DNA of 64,000 bases from Callorhinchus milii (GCF_018977255.1 NW_024704743.1:77068001-77132000); one strand, 5' to 3'. Shown: positions 24,970 through 38,748, counted from the first letter of the stretch. Numbers and translations: made by a program. The notes: a model not told the origin generated them from the letters alone.

Positions 24970-26604
24970 ATATATAACAAATCAATTTTGGTTTACAATA
25001 AAACAGCACAATAGTGCTCAAGAAGCTAGTGCTTCATTTTGATTTTACACTAACTAAACACCAGCAGGAAAATTAATTCCTGTAAAGATTAATAATGACT
25101 TACATTTGTCAGATCAGAATATAGGTTAGAAAACAATAAGCATACCCCAATATACACTCCTTATTCATGCATATAACAGAGGACACTTCTATAAAAATAA
25201 GTGGGTTGTTTGGGGCAGGGGATGCAGTCCAGAATCACTCAGAGATACTCTAGCATGTTTTTTCATTTGTGATCTTATACTGCAATGTCAGCTGTCATCA
25301 CTCCAATTTACAGTAAATCCTGTGAAGCACTTTGAGACGTCCTCCCAACGTGAAAGGTGCAATATAAAATGAAAAGATTATTATTTTCTCCTTTGATAAT
25401 TATCTTAAATTGATGCCATTTAGACATTGACTCACTGACTAGTGGAAACCCCTCATAATTCTAAAGACCTCTATCGAGTTTTCCCTATGTTCCAATGAAT
25501 ATAGTCCCTGTCCCTGCAGGGTCTGCTTATAGGCCACTGTAACTTTCTACAAAAATGGGGACACAATCAGTACAGCATAGCAATCTGTTTTAATTAAATA
25601 TCACTACAATTCTGGTTAACAAAAATAAATGAACAGAGCAAAATATTAGTTCATTGAAATGATTCTAACAGAAGGAGCTGCACATTTCAATAGTGTGGGC
25701 TGCAAACATACAGTCTTAATCAGCTTGCACTTTTAGCTTTCAGGTCAAACCAAAATTCCCAAATTGAGTCTGCTGCTCAGTGACTGTCTGGGAATTCCTA
25801 CACACGGATATTGAAACAGTGAACACCAGATGGATGAAAGGGCTGGACAATATTCAGGGGAGATTGTTATTGTTTTGCAGTATGTCCATGTGGAATACAA
25901 GAGTGAAAATGGGCTCAAACAGTGCATGCGAAACACAGAGGATATTTTCACCACTGCAAGAAACAAACAATTCTGAAAGTTCTTAAAAATCGTCAATACA
26001 CAATTTGTTTGACTCCAGAAGTACATTCCCTCTTGTCTTAGCCTAAGACTATTTCATTTTAAAATATAAAGTTGCTTAGAATTGTAGAAAATACTTAAAA
26101 ACATAACCTTCATTTTGAAGCTAGTTTTCTGCTTTTCTTCAAAAATGAAGACTGTGTTTTTGACAATGGAAAAGATGGCACATCAGGCCTTTGACCCATC
26201 AGGTGTTAGCCCTTTACCTCCAGTTTGCAGTATTTTAACACATCCTCTGTTATATATCTCTCATCTAAACATTACTCAAAACCATTTACAGTTCTTGTAT
26301 TTCTAAATTAAGATTTGGTTATTGCAATTCTTGCTTTGCTCAACGTCGCCTTTTCTTCTCAATGCTTTACAAACATAATAATACAATGTAAATGGCAGCA
26401 AAATGTGTCGTTATTTCACTCAGAAGTAATATGATTGCGAGGAGATAATGCAGAGCTATTCTCCTCTTCCCCTCTCCCCACATAAATAAAAGGTTTGGCA
26501 CATGTTTTATTTTTAATGAAGACGGTACCCCTTTTGATGCAGATAAAGATTTCTATAATCTATGTAACTGTTGAAAGTAAGCACTGATACACAAATATTA
26601 GGAG

Positions 26605-26785
26605 TCAGTTTGTCTCAGTTGGTAGCACACTGTTCACAGGGTCATAGGTTTGTGAGTTTGAACACCCCCCCCTCCATAGGACTTGAGCTTATATTCTAGG
26701 TTCACATTTCAGTGCAGTAATGGGGAGGCTGTATTGTCAGAGGTGTTGTCTGGTGAATGAGATATTAAACTATGATCCTCTCTGC
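26605..26785 (+). mobile_element. Deu-type SINE 5' half
   Basis: tctcagttggtagcac head, ttcagtgcagta...tgtcagaggtg...gaatgagatattaaac. Confidence 0.7.
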
Positions 26786-26854
26786 CCCAATCTTTAAGTG
26801 AATCTTTAAGTGAATTTTCTTTTATCTTTAAGTTCTTTTATCTTTAAGTGAATT

Positions 26855-26981
26855 TTCTTTTTGACTGCGCTTTGGTCACCTTCCTCCCCCTCCCCCTGGC
26901 TCGGCCCCAGATCCGTTACTGTGAAGCGCTCTGAGACGCCGTCCGGCGTGGAGGGTGCTATATAAATCCAAGTTGTTGTTG
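26855..26981 (+). mobile_element. L2 3' tail (second subtype)
   Basis: Highly similar to 62095-62210; hairpin plus (TTG)n. Confidence 0.8.
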
Positions 26982-27654
26982 AATGTTAAAGATCTCATGA
27001 TATTATTTCAGAAACAAGTCTCTATTTATGTCCTGATTAACAATCAATCCTCTAAACCAAACAGTAATTCTCCTCAAGATCTCAGGAGTGCAAATGTTTG
27101 CTGTCCTTGCTTAATAATGAAATATGTTTTATGTACAGTATTTTATTAAAAGAGGAGACCACCAACTTTAATAGTTTTCAGTCAGCTTTTAAATACTCAG
27201 TATTAATACATATCAGGTACAAACTAGTGTCAAAAAACCTTCAGCAAACAGCTTTAAAAGTCTTCTTCGCCCTATCCCTCAGGGGAGTCTGCAGTAAGAT
27301 GTCACATGATTATTTCAAGCATAAATGGTGTGAGAATTTCACATGCAAGCAGACAGATCAGTGACAGAGTGAAAATGGGAGAGAATACTCTTAAATAATT
27401 AAAAGGGTAAACAAATACAGTGGGATCTTTTGATATGAAGTAGACCAGGGCAGGGCAAGAAAGTGTGTTGTTTATCATTAGATGGTTGTATAGAAGGAAG
27501 GGTTGTACAGAACGTAGCCTGATTTTAACTTGATCACAGTCACACTGAACCATTTGCCTGGCACATTGCTGTAGGGGTTTTAAAAGTAGCTTGAGATGTA
27601 AACTTCATTTTCTGCAGAGATTCCCCTGCATGTTGTATGCAGGAAGGGTTGTAC

Positions 27655-27895
27655 TGAAACTCCCTTCCCTTTACGAATAGTGCCATGAGATATTTGACGT
27701 CCACCTAAACCAGAGGACAGACCTTAGTTGAACGTCTCATTTCAAGGACAGTACCTCCGATAATTAAACATTCCCCCACCTCCACTGCATTGAAGTGTCA
27801 CTTCAGACTATGTGATTCTAAGTCCTGACATGGAACTTGAACCCATAACCTACTGACTCAGAGGCGAGAGTGCTCCCATTGAGCCAGGCTGACAC
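27655..27895 (-). mobile_element. Deu-type SINE 5' part
   Basis: acttgaacccataacctactgactcagaggcgagagtgctcccattgagcc is the antisense tRNA head; central domain present. Confidence 0.8.
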
Positions 27896-27987
27896 ACGGG
27901 TGATGGGCCGAATGACCTCCTTCTGCGCTGTAGATTTCTATATTTATATGTCTCTTTGATCCCCTAGGCCAGTTCATTGGCTTGCGG

Positions 27988-28307
27988 TAATAATAATAAT
28001 AATCCTTGCATTTGATATAGCGCTTTCACGTCAGGAGGACGTCCCAAAGCACTTCACAGAACACACTGTAAAGTGAATTGACTATATTTGTGGGCGAACA
28101 TGGCAGCCAATTGCACACAGCAATGTCCCACAAATAGTCGTAGATTGAAAATGACAATTTTTATTATTGTTTTTGGTTTTGGAGGGATTATTATGAGGCG
28201 TGTGGAGTAAGGAAACTTGCCCAAGGTTTCGCCCTGACCTGCCTGGAATTGAACTCAGGTCTCTCACTTGCAAAGCGAGTGCTCTAACCACTGAACTACA
28301 GGACTCC
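27988..28307 (-). mobile_element. tRNA(Ala-like)-derived SINE, young copy
   Basis: Minus strand GGAGTCCTGTAGTTCAGTGGTTAGAGCACTCGCTTTGCAAGTGAGAGACCTGAGTTCAATTCC: A box, B box, anticodon stem with TGC; L2-type hairpin tail and (TTA)n. Confidence 0.88.
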
Positions 28308-29059
28308 ACAATCCATTGGCACCATAACTGTGTTAATAACAAGCCAGTATGCGTGTGCCCATTCTCGTGCTGTGGGTCGAAGCACTGGGTGAGACTCACA
28401 GTGAGAGTTATTTTTGGGTGAATGTTGTGAGACATGAGAAGTTAAATCAGTCTCGGCATTCATATGTCCTACCACTAATCACTGAGGGGGAGCAAGCTGC
28501 CGAATGCTCAAAGTTATAAAGAGGGACATGTTTTTGTGGGTATTGCTGACTCTCTGTCACAGCAATAGGCTACATTTTCTTGATTAATGGAAGCAAATAG
28601 CCAGACACTGTGACAGCTCCCATCCTTCCACTCACTGTACGCTTCTTTATTAACTCACTTTCAGAAATCAATCAGTGAGAAGCGTCCCAGCTATTTGTCT
28701 ATTGAACATGATGTTACTTTGTGTTAAGGTCTGCTTATTGATCTCTTTGTGGTAAAGAGAAGTGAACTGTTAAGACTGATTGAGTGTTTGAAACTGCAGT
28801 AAATCAGGCTTCTCTGTGTTACACTGCTCAGGTAAAACTCTGTAAAGGAAAGGAATCAATATGCGATTGTAAATGTCAATGTGACATGTGCAGTGTTTAT
28901 GATCATGTTGTCCATCGTGTTGTTGCATTAATATGAAGAGGTGAGATAAGATTTGAGTTCTTTTATTGATGTTTCCCACACAGTGAGTCCCTAATCTTAG
29001 AATGGGGGAAAAGTGTAAAATGGAGGCTGGAAACTCCACCTTGAGATGGGGGAGAGGGG

Positions 29060-29215
29060 CATAGGCAAATAAATAATAATATGTCAGAAGTTAAGCTAAT
29101 AATAGATAACACAATGCTCAGAATGTAATGAATTGTACAGAACAGCTCAATCATTTGCAACCAGATATTGATAGATTAGGTGAATGGACAAATACATGGT
29201 GGATGCAGTTCAATA
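29060..29215 (+). mobile_element. CR1 RT fragment
   Basis: Peptide LQPDIDRLGEWTNTWWMQFN matches the CR1 LQxDLDxLxxWAxxWQMxFN motif. Confidence 0.7.
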
Positions 29216-30329
29216 TAGTCACAGAGGAGGCAATGCATTTATTTATTTTTTGTTTGGTCAGCCAGAGGTGTGCCACATGTGGAAAATCCATTAATATGCC
29301 AATCCAGGCTGAGAGTTCCAGCACCTTGGAAAGTGGAGAAGTTCTGAATACTATACATGTAAATAGAAGAAGTTCATTTCAGCATGAAAATAATCCATTG
29401 AGGGATTCAAGAAAGAGATGGATAGATAAATGGGAAGTAGAAACAGGATGTAGCCCATAATGCATGTAATGGTCAGATGGATGTTACAGACATTTCTGCA
29501 ATAAGGAACTGTACAAACAGCCCACAGAACTATCTTAGCGCAATCTTCAAATTACGGAAACCATCTAAATTCACGTTTGCTATGGAGTGCACAGAACTTC
29601 AACCACTATGTGTCTTTTTTTTACAAAAATCCTAAACTTAAAGTCACATTGAAAGTTGAAACTTCAGCAACTTTTCAACGTTTTGCACGGCAAATTAAAT
29701 ATTTATCGAGATTTTAGTTGTTATAAATATATTCATGAATTTTCACAGCCTTCACTGAAGGAGAGAGAAAGGCCCCAGGAGAAATGTTTCATCAAGGAGA
29801 GAAAGAAGATTTAGATGAAAGGTCGATGCTGCGAATGGTGAGAATGTCCAGAAGTGTCCATATATATCACTTCCAGCATGGAGACTGTTTTACATTGCCC
29901 GTATATGAAATTCTCAAAGCCTTGCAAGCAAAGAAACATGGATTAGTTTTAACAGTACATTATCAATGCATTAATGGGTGGGCGGAGAGGGGACTTCAAA
30001 TCAAATAAGTTCTGAGAGCATCAAAAAATAGGCCTTTTTGAAAATACTGCACTGAAGTAACACCACATTTATTTGTTTGGACTGGTTTGTGGTGTAACAG
30101 GCAATAAATCTGAGATAACAGCTTGCATAGTGAGGATTGAAATCTTTCTAGAGATTCTGATATTCTAATGGTCACTTCTGTTCACACACTTGAAAATGTA
30201 GCAATTCCCCTTTTAAGGCAATTCCCCTTTAATAGAGAATCAACAGAAATGTTTCTATTTTAATAGCTTATTCCCCCCAGTCCAATATGAAAGTAATTTT
30301 CAAATGAAGTATTAGACATTATGCCAGCG

Positions 30330-30640
30330 TCCCCAGCTCCACTCTCCCCAAACTCCAGACCATCCCAGACTAAGCAGCCCACGTCCTCTTGTGCACCAGG
30401 CTCCAGGAGCTCATTCCCAACATTCTTGCCTGGCTCCACCACCTCTCTATCCTCCAGCCTACATGGCACACACTGCTTCTGTCATCTCCTATGACCCTAC
30501 GCCCATTGTCACTCCATCTACTTTGCCAATTCTGGCCTGCTTTGGCCACTATCCTTCTGTTCCCTTTTCACTCAGTCTTTGTAAAGTGCTTTGAGATGTT
30601 CTCCCTACATGTACCGTGCTACATAAGTGCAAATTATTAT
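30330..30640 (+). mobile_element. Degenerate L2 3' fragment
   Basis: ctccagaccatcccagactaagcagcccacgtcctc similar to 38244-38290; shared tail. Confidence 0.6.
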
Positions 30641-30971
30641 TGTTATAGATTTCAGCTTTGAAGACTTTTTAAGCGTGTAAACAAGTCAACATAAAGTGGA
30701 AAACACTGACATTAAATATCTGTAGATTATGCCAGTCTACCATTTTCACTGTTAATCCATGTCGCCAGAATAATTTGGACCAATGCTCCCACCGGTCTAC
30801 TCCTCTTTCATTCTTGTGTTACTCGTGTTTCCACCTACTAGATATGATTACATAGAATGACTTAGCACAGAACTCATGATTATATTCTGCCCAACCCTCA
30901 ATACTCCTATTCCCTTCCCTTCTCCTAAACCCTGCTTTTTCCTTCTCCTCTACCCCGCTATTCAGTTATGA

Positions 30972-31417
30972 CTTCAGTTATGAGGAGAGGCTAGAGAAGC
31001 TAGGATTATTCTCCTTGGAGCAGAGAAGGTTAAGAGGAGACTTAATGGAAGTTTTCAAAATTATGAGGGGATTCGATAGGGTGAACAAGGAGAAACTATT
31101 TCCACTGAAGGGTGGGTTGGTAACCCGAGGACACTGATTTAAAATAGTTGTTAAAAGAAACAGAGGGGAGGTGAGGAAAAAAAAATTTTCAAAGCAAGTT
31201 GTTCGGATCTGGAAAGCATGCCTGAAAGAGTGGTGGAAGCTGATTCGATAACAACTTTTAAGAGAGAAGTATTCATTATTTGGGGAGGACAAGTCTGCAG
31301 GGCTATGGGAGAGAGCGCCGGGGAGTGGGATTGATTTGGATGGCTCTTTTAAAAGAGCCACACAGACACGATGGGCCAAATGGCCTCCTTCTGTGCTGTC
31401 TAATTCTATGATTCTAT
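30972..31417 (+). mobile_element. CR1 LINE 3' end (~450 nt)
   Basis: Reads SYEERLEKLGLFSLEQRRLRGDLMEVFKIMRGFDRVNKEKLF; 3'UTR gatgggccaaatggcctccttctgtgctg; ATTCTATG tail. Confidence 0.92.
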
Positions 31418-32048
31418 TCCCTTCTCTGACACCCCGCTAGTCCCTTCTCCTTCATCTATGCATATGTGTCAACTACAGCTTCCAGCGAGAGTTCCACAAT
31501 CTCATCACCCTCTGTGTAAAGGAAGTTCCCCCTAAACTCCCTTTTATATCTGTTACTAGCTATCATATATTACAAACTCCAAATGAATGAAATAAGCTGC
31601 CCATCCAGTTGTTCTCACTGTATATTCTCTTATTGGTTAATAGACATAGAAGGAGATTTGCCATGAATAATTATGTTCCATTTGAATTCTTGACTAGAAT
31701 CATGGAAATTTACAGACCAGGAGGAGACTATTCAGCCTAGCAAATCTGCATTGGCTCTGATAGCAAGGTGCTCATAGAATCAGAGGATTATTAGGGTTTG
31801 GAATTCATTACCACAAGTGGCTATTGAGCCTGGATCAATAGAATCATGCAGTACTGAATTGGATAAGCATCTGGCCATTGAAAAACAATAAGGGATATGG
31901 GGAGAGAGCTGGGAAGTGGGATTAGTTAAACAAAAAAGATGATTTGTAAAAATTGGTAATAGTGAAGCCTCGTTCTATGCAAAATAAATTTATATTTCAA
32001 ATGCAGTTTAATGGAAAATCGTCTCTGCATATTTAGAAACAAATTGAT

Positions 32049-32365
32049 GAGGAACTGTGTAGTACAATGGGTTAGCACTCTATCCCTTCATCTGGCAGAT
32101 GGATTTGATTCTAGCCCAGACTGAATAGATTAAAGTACCTCTATCTGCCATTTATGAGATCGCTAAATTCAATGACTTTGACCAGTCCTTAATCCCGTTG
32201 CCACTGCTTGCAAGCTCACAGCACAAAATGAGTCATAATGTGCCAATTATTCACACTCAATTAAAACTCTCAGTCTGAGAAATAACAAGAATGGCTGATT
32301 TGAGAAATGGAAATTGAAATGTTGCACTGGTGTAGTATGTTTTACCTATCAAATCAAGGCAATTG
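32049..32365 (+). mobile_element. Ancient degenerate tRNA SINE, possibly LF-SINE related
   Basis: Head gaggaactgtgtagtacaatgggttagcact...ccttcatct...tttgattctagcccagac and downstream motifs resemble the recalled LF-SINE consensus; not aligned. Confidence 0.4.
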
Positions 32366-32569
32366 TTTTTCTCTGCCCGTCTTAAGAGTGTTCAATACTA
32401 ATACTTTCACTGGATTTGAAGCATTTTTTCCACCATAGACACACCTCAGGATGACAGTTTATATTGTTTCTTATTCCAATTACATTCATGCACTTTTTAT
32501 ACCTGCATTGAAACTTTGAAAACAAATAAAGAATAAGATTTGGGCCATACTTTTTTGTAAACATGGACA

Positions 32570-33018
32570 TAATAATGATCCTTGTATTTGATATAGCACC
32601 TTATCACATTGTTGAGATGTCTCAAAAGACTTAACAAGATTTATTGTAAAGTGTAGTGACTGTGTATTTTCAGGTAAATGTAGCAGCCATGTTGCACACA
32701 GCAATGTCTAACAAACAGCCATGAAGTGAATGACCAATTTTATCTGGGGGATTGTTGGACAGTTCATCAAGATAAATAATGTTTTCTCTTTTCTAAAAGT
32801 GCCTTGGGATCTTCATCGTCCACCTGATCCAGCAGATGGACCCTTGGTTTAACATCTCCTGTGAAGAATGCCTGTCTGACAATGCAGTGCTATCCCATTA
32901 CCTCTCTGGAGTGTTAGCCTAGACTTCGAGCTCAAAGTCTCAATGTCGAGCTTGAATCCACAGCCTTGTGACTCACAAGATTGAGAGAGTGAGTGTTACC
33001 AGCTGAACCTGGCTGACA
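32570..33018 (-). mobile_element. Near full-length Deu-type SINE
   Basis: Tail, central domain and tRNA head present, colinear with 11196-11632. Confidence 0.8.
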
Positions 33019-36000
33019 TCAAAGCAAAAGATGCTGAATCTGTGCAGAGAAATAGTTTCCTCTTGGTTTTACCCCTAGTGAGAACATTAAGTTCAAAGTA
33101 GCTGACGAGGTTAGAGTTATACAGCAATGCAGAGCTCTGTGACACTGCCTCCACAGTGGGCTGTAACTGCAATAGAGCATGAAGGCAGAGAACCCTGGAA
33201 CAACTGATTTTTTCATGTTGTAATAATAATAATAATAATCCTTGCATTCTCTATTCTATTATTGTTCTGTATCCATTTAGCTTCGCTGAATGGTTGGTCA
33301 AATTAATGCCAAATTACAGCAAGCTTTGTGCTTTGTACTCAGGTCCATTGGGATGTTAAATCATAGAAATAAGAAGCCATTCATCCCAAGCTGGTGCTAA
33401 CTTGTCTACTGAACCTGCTACCTACTCTTCTGTGTGCAGTGAGTTAAGACTTGCTAATCTTCACTGAATTAGCACCTTACAGCTTTTGCTTACAGTTTTA
33501 CAGACTTGGCTGGAGAGAATGTGAAAGAAAAATCTAAATATGGAGTAAAGAATTAACTGGAACAGACAGGTTGCACAGTTTTACTCATCTAAAGAAATTC
33601 ATGAGTGAAGGGCTCAGCAGTCTACTGAAAGAAAACCAAATTCCAATACGTTTCTTCCATAAAAACATAGCACACCCTTCATAACACAGTCTTGCCTTAT
33701 TCATTTTGGATTTGCTTGTTTTTGCATGCAAAAGGGTTTTTAATTTTTGCTAAAATAATAGTGATTTTTGGGCTTTCACACTTTGAGGCTGTATGATAAT
33801 GTTTAACATTTATTGTATGTGTACAATATATGTTTAACTGCAGGTCAAAAGTCATAGCATAACCGGGGTTTCCATTTTTCCTTTCAGAATGCTGTTCACT
33901 TTTGATTAATATTGTCTTATTAATACCTTTACTTGTGTTCACTCAAGGGAACCAAGTAGTCGTGCTGCAGTATCTCATTTTCCTGTGAATTTGTTTCCTA
34001 ATAGAAATCCTTGTGTCAGAAAATACTTATAAATGTTCTTAAATATGCAACGTAATATGTGGATGTAATGTGTTTTAAACATTTTAGTATTTTAGTACCC
34101 ATTTAATTTGTGACACATAATTTTCTGGTTTCCTGTTGGCACAATAGATGCCTACCTCCCACCAGCCAGAACATGTGTCTCGATGCTCTTTTAAAATCTG
34201 CACAAAGCCGAGCCGCACTTTCCAAAAGCTCATGCCTCATGTGTTCTCTAATGTGTTTGAATGGATTGACCTGCACCCAAAGTTCCGGCTAAACATTAAA
34301 GTCCTAATCAGTTAAATTAACACATCTCCATCTGCTGCCTGTCATTTCACATCAGCACCAGCAGTGGCGGCCAACAGAACGTAAGCAGCCCTATGTTACA
34401 TTTGAACTTAACCTTGTTCTCTTCAACAAATGCTGGGCAATTAGCAAGGAGATCATCTTCAAAAGAAGAACCCAGCATGAAGCCCGTCTAATTAGTCATA
34501 TGAACTGAGAGCTTCCCCTTCTCTCCCCCCGACACTTCGACAAGTTTTGTCAGCACATCAGAATTGGCAACTCATCCTCCTCAAAGCACGCTCACAGCCA
34601 CGGTCATTCGTGTGTGATGAAAGTAAAGATCATAACTGAATCTACTTGAAAGTTCCCATTCAGAAGTTTTCATACTTCTGCACTGAATCTTTTATAATTC
34701 TTAGATTAAAACGTTACAACTGCAATCCTAAACATTCGATATTCCCATTAATCATTCATATTAGCCATACAGAATTGAGTGGATCTAAGCGTCATTCAAC
34801 TAGGAATACATATGACTTTGTGATTATAGGCATATTTTGGTCATTTACTTCATTGTTGTTTGTGGGACACAATTGTGTACAAATTGGCTATCGAGTCGGT
34901 CCACAATACACACAGTCACTTTACAATACATCAGAAGTGCTTTGACATGTCCTTCTGACACGAAAGGTACTTCCCAAATGTAAGGATTAGTATTATTTGA
35001 CTGTATAGTTACAGATGTACTGTACAGTTTTATACGGTTTGAGGTATACTGGATTATACTATGAATATAAGTGACTACCTGGCTCTAAGTGTATAGAATT
35101 GTTTGTTATGTTTATGGTTTATGGGGCTACAGCTATGGAGTATGATTGAATTATGGATGTGCAAAGCTGTGTTATCTGAAATGTTATGGATTACTATATA
35201 AAATTTACATATGCAGAATGATATAAATATAAAACACCATACCTTTATGGATATAAAGAGTTATGCTATTACAGATATACAGGATTATATACTTAGGAAT
35301 AGCAAGACTTTATATTTGCACAAGTATAGTAGTGTGCTGTAGTACATTATACAGCACTATTTAGTTATGCAGGGTGACCAAGAAGTCGTGATCCATTACA
35401 ATGTCTAATACGTCTTAAAGAAGTGATGATTTATTTTAGATAATAGGATAGCTGAAAAACAAGACTTTTTGTGTAAAACGATTACATTCTACATAGTACA
35501 GAGATCTGGACTAGTTCAGGTACTTCCAAGGTTTAGCTGTCATGTATATGGTTATAAATGTGATATAGTGTACCTCAGAATTCCTCGAACATTTATAGCT
35601 TTTAATTAGGACAAGAAGAAAGATGTCGAACATATGAATACAAAGGGAAGGGGGTCACGTAGAAATAATTTATTGTACAAGACAATGATTAATAAGTAAT
35701 CTGATAATGTCAATTTATTTCAAGATGTAACTATGAGGTGGCTGAATTATTTCAGAATTGTTTATGGCAAAGTTCCTTGTTCTGCTGGAGAGTCTTGGCA
35801 CTGATCAGTGACAGTGGAGAAATGACGAGAAGCAGAAGTTCTCAAATAGCTGAGCATTCAATAATACAGTACAAACATCAGAAGTTAAAAGATAATAAAC
35901 CAACAGTGTATGGGGCAAAGAATATTTTCTAATAGACAATAACAGTCAGACAGCGACTTGTAGAGTAGCCAAATTACTGAATGAGTGGACTTTGTGCCAA

Positions 36001-36069
36001 GTGTTTCCTATTCCTCAGACAATGTATAGATAAAAATGCAGCAAAATAAAAGACTTGATAGTAGTTTTC

Positions 36070-36366
36070 TAGACTTAATAGAAGTTTTCAAAATTATGAG
36101 GGGATTTGTTGTAAAAGAAACAGAGGAGAGGTGAGGACAAGTATTTTCACACAGCGAGTTGTTCGGATCTGGAATGCATTGCCTGAAAGGGTAGTGGAAG
36201 CCGATTCGATAACAACTTTTAAGAGAGAAGTAGATAACTATTTGGGGAGGACAAGTTTGCAAATTTGGGGAGAGCGTGGGGGAGTGGGATTCATTGGGAT
36301 AACACTTTTCAAACAGCCGGCACGATGGGCTGAATGGCCTCCTTCTGTGCTGTATAATTCCATGAA
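36070..36366 (+). mobile_element. CR1 LINE 3' end
   Basis: Peptide FTQRVVRIWNALPERVVEADSITTFKREVDNYLG; same family as 30972-31417 with an internal deletion. Confidence 0.9.
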
Positions 36367-37074
36367 AATACACAAAACATACAACCAACCAGCATTTCAA
36401 TGAATCTTAGATTAACTCTCATATTCCTGCAAACCACTTCAAAAGATTATTGTTTTTTTAGAGTGGAAAGTCCAACAATGGTGATATGCAAAGCAACCAA
36501 ACTCCAAAGGTCAAGGCATAGGTTAGATACAGTAATCCACTATACAGCACATTGGTTCCAAAACCCTAGGAGTCAAGGACCAGAGGTTATCAAGGGATCT
36601 ACCACCTCAGTCACACAGACCAGCTCACAGATTAAATGCAAAACTCCCATTAAGATTATAACATCTCCTATGCTGCTCTTTTCATATTGCAGTATTACTA
36701 TGTTCCCTTTCCTTTTCCCGTAATTTTTTGATACTAATGGGATAATTTATATCAGACCTATTTCTCTTTACTCAGCAAATCAGTGCTCAGTGATGCCAAA
36801 GATTTCACATTTTTTGCAAGTATTTTTTTAAATTTCAAAATTCCTAAAATTAATGTGCTGGAAAATTCTTAAAGGAAGATTTACCATCATACCTCCTTTT
36901 AAAAGTCAATTACTTACAAAGAATTATGATCCAAGTCCTTTTATTCCATTCTGTCTATTCCTGTCTTTTGTTTTTGCCTGAAAATGAGTGCAAACTATAT
37001 CATCGGACTATAGAAACCAACAGTGAGTCAGTTGAGTCGTAATTCTTTGGAAGTTTTTACTTGAATTCGAAGAT

Positions 37075-37380
37075 AAGATGGCACATCAATACAGTGCTGG
37101 GAGAGCTCGGCATTGTCAAATATGCTGTCTTTCAGGTGAGACATTAAACCAAGATCCCATTCACCTGTTTTCAGGCGGATGTTAAATATGGCCCTTTCAA
37201 AGAAAAGGAGAACTTCTGTGTCCTGGGCAAATCTCCAGATTAATTGGTCATTCAGCTCATGATTGTAGGATCTTACTGGTACAAATATATTACACAAACA
37301 GTGATCTTACATGTGGCGGTAATTACCTGTGAAGCAGCACTTTGAGACACTGCAATGTGATTAGGTACCATCAACATGCA
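37075..37380 (+). mobile_element. Deu-type SINE (degenerate)
   Basis: tttcaggtgagacattaaaccaagatccc...tgtgtcctgggcaa core and shared tail. Confidence 0.7.
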
Positions 37381-37526
37381 CGCTTTTTTCTGTGTAACCA
37401 TGGGGTCAAAACTACTGCATTCCTAAACAAATTCCATTCTTTATTATATACTACACAATGTTACAACCTATCAGGCTGGATATTATTTTATATCAGAATG
37501 TAAGAAAATTGAAGTAAACTTATTTT

Positions 37527-38748
37527 ATGTTCCTTGACCTCTCTGCTGCCTTCGACACCATTGACCACTCTATCCTCATTCACTGCCTCTCCTTTCATCT
37601 CAACCTTCATGGTTCTGGCCTTAAATGGTTCAGATTGTACCTCTCATACTGCCTCCACTTCATCTCTACAAACGGTTCTCCTCTAGCCCCTGCACTGCCT
37701 TGTACGGTATTCCTCGGGACTCTGTCTTTGGTCCCCTTCAACATCTATGCTCCCTCTTGATGACATCATCTGCAGACATGGGGTCAACTTCCACAGTATG
37801 CGGATGACACCCAACTCTACCTCTTTGCATTCTCCCTTTACTCCAGGACCACTGCTGTCCTGACAGAATGTCTGTCAGACATCAAGTCCTGGATGAGAGC
37901 TAACGTTTCTTCAGTTGAATGTCAACAAGACCAAAGCTCTCCTGATTGGCTCCTGTCAGCGCCTCTACACCTCAGGCGCTGACAGCATCACCATCCAGGG
38001 ATGCACACTCCACCTTACTAAGCCAGTCCAGAACCTTAGCATCTTGTTTGACCCTCAACTATCCTTTCTACGCCACATCTGTGCCATGACCTGCTCTGCC
38101 TTCCCCCACCTCTGCAACATCGCCCAGCTCTGCCACTGTCTCACACCAGAGGCCACCTATACCCTCATACACACATTCATAACATGCAGGCTTGACTATG
38201 CAAACTCCCTGCTTGTCGGCCTCCCCAACTCCTCCCTCCATAGGCTGCAGATCATCCAGAACTCTGCAGCCCATGTCCTCTCCCACACCAGGCTCCATGA
38301 CCCTATCTCCCCTATCCTCGCCCGAATGCACTGACATCCCATCACACAGTTCAAGATCCTGGTCCTCAAAGCCCTCCATGGCCTTGCTCCCCACAACCCT
38401 GTGATCTCCTAAACCTCTGCCATCCTGCCTGCTCCCTCCGCTCAACGGGCTCCAGCATGCTTCACGTCCCTGCCTCACCTGCCCCACCATTGGCGGGAGT
38501 GCCTTCTGCCACTCTACCTCTACCTTCTGGAACTCCATCCCTCAGTCCCTCCGCCTCCCTTGCCTTCTTCAAGACCCATCTCAAGACCCTCTTCTTCGAC
38601 TATGCTTTTGATCACACTGCTTCCTTCCTGCCCTCCACCCTCCCCAATCCCAGCCTCTAGTTCGGGTCCGAAACACTGACTGTCCAGCGCCTTGGGACAT
38701 ACTCCTGACGTAAAATGCCTATACAAATGTAATTTTGTTGTTGTTGTT
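37527..38748 (+). mobile_element. 5'-truncated L2 LINE with disrupted reverse transcriptase
   Basis: LDLSAAFDTIDH, YADDTQLY (~37797), NVNKTKALLIG, RLDYANSLL motifs across frameshifts; hairpin tail and (TTG)n. Confidence 0.93.

Noticed and set aside
28240..28307. tRNA-Ala gene
   Set aside because: No proper acceptor stem or terminator; continues into a SINE body and L2-type tail
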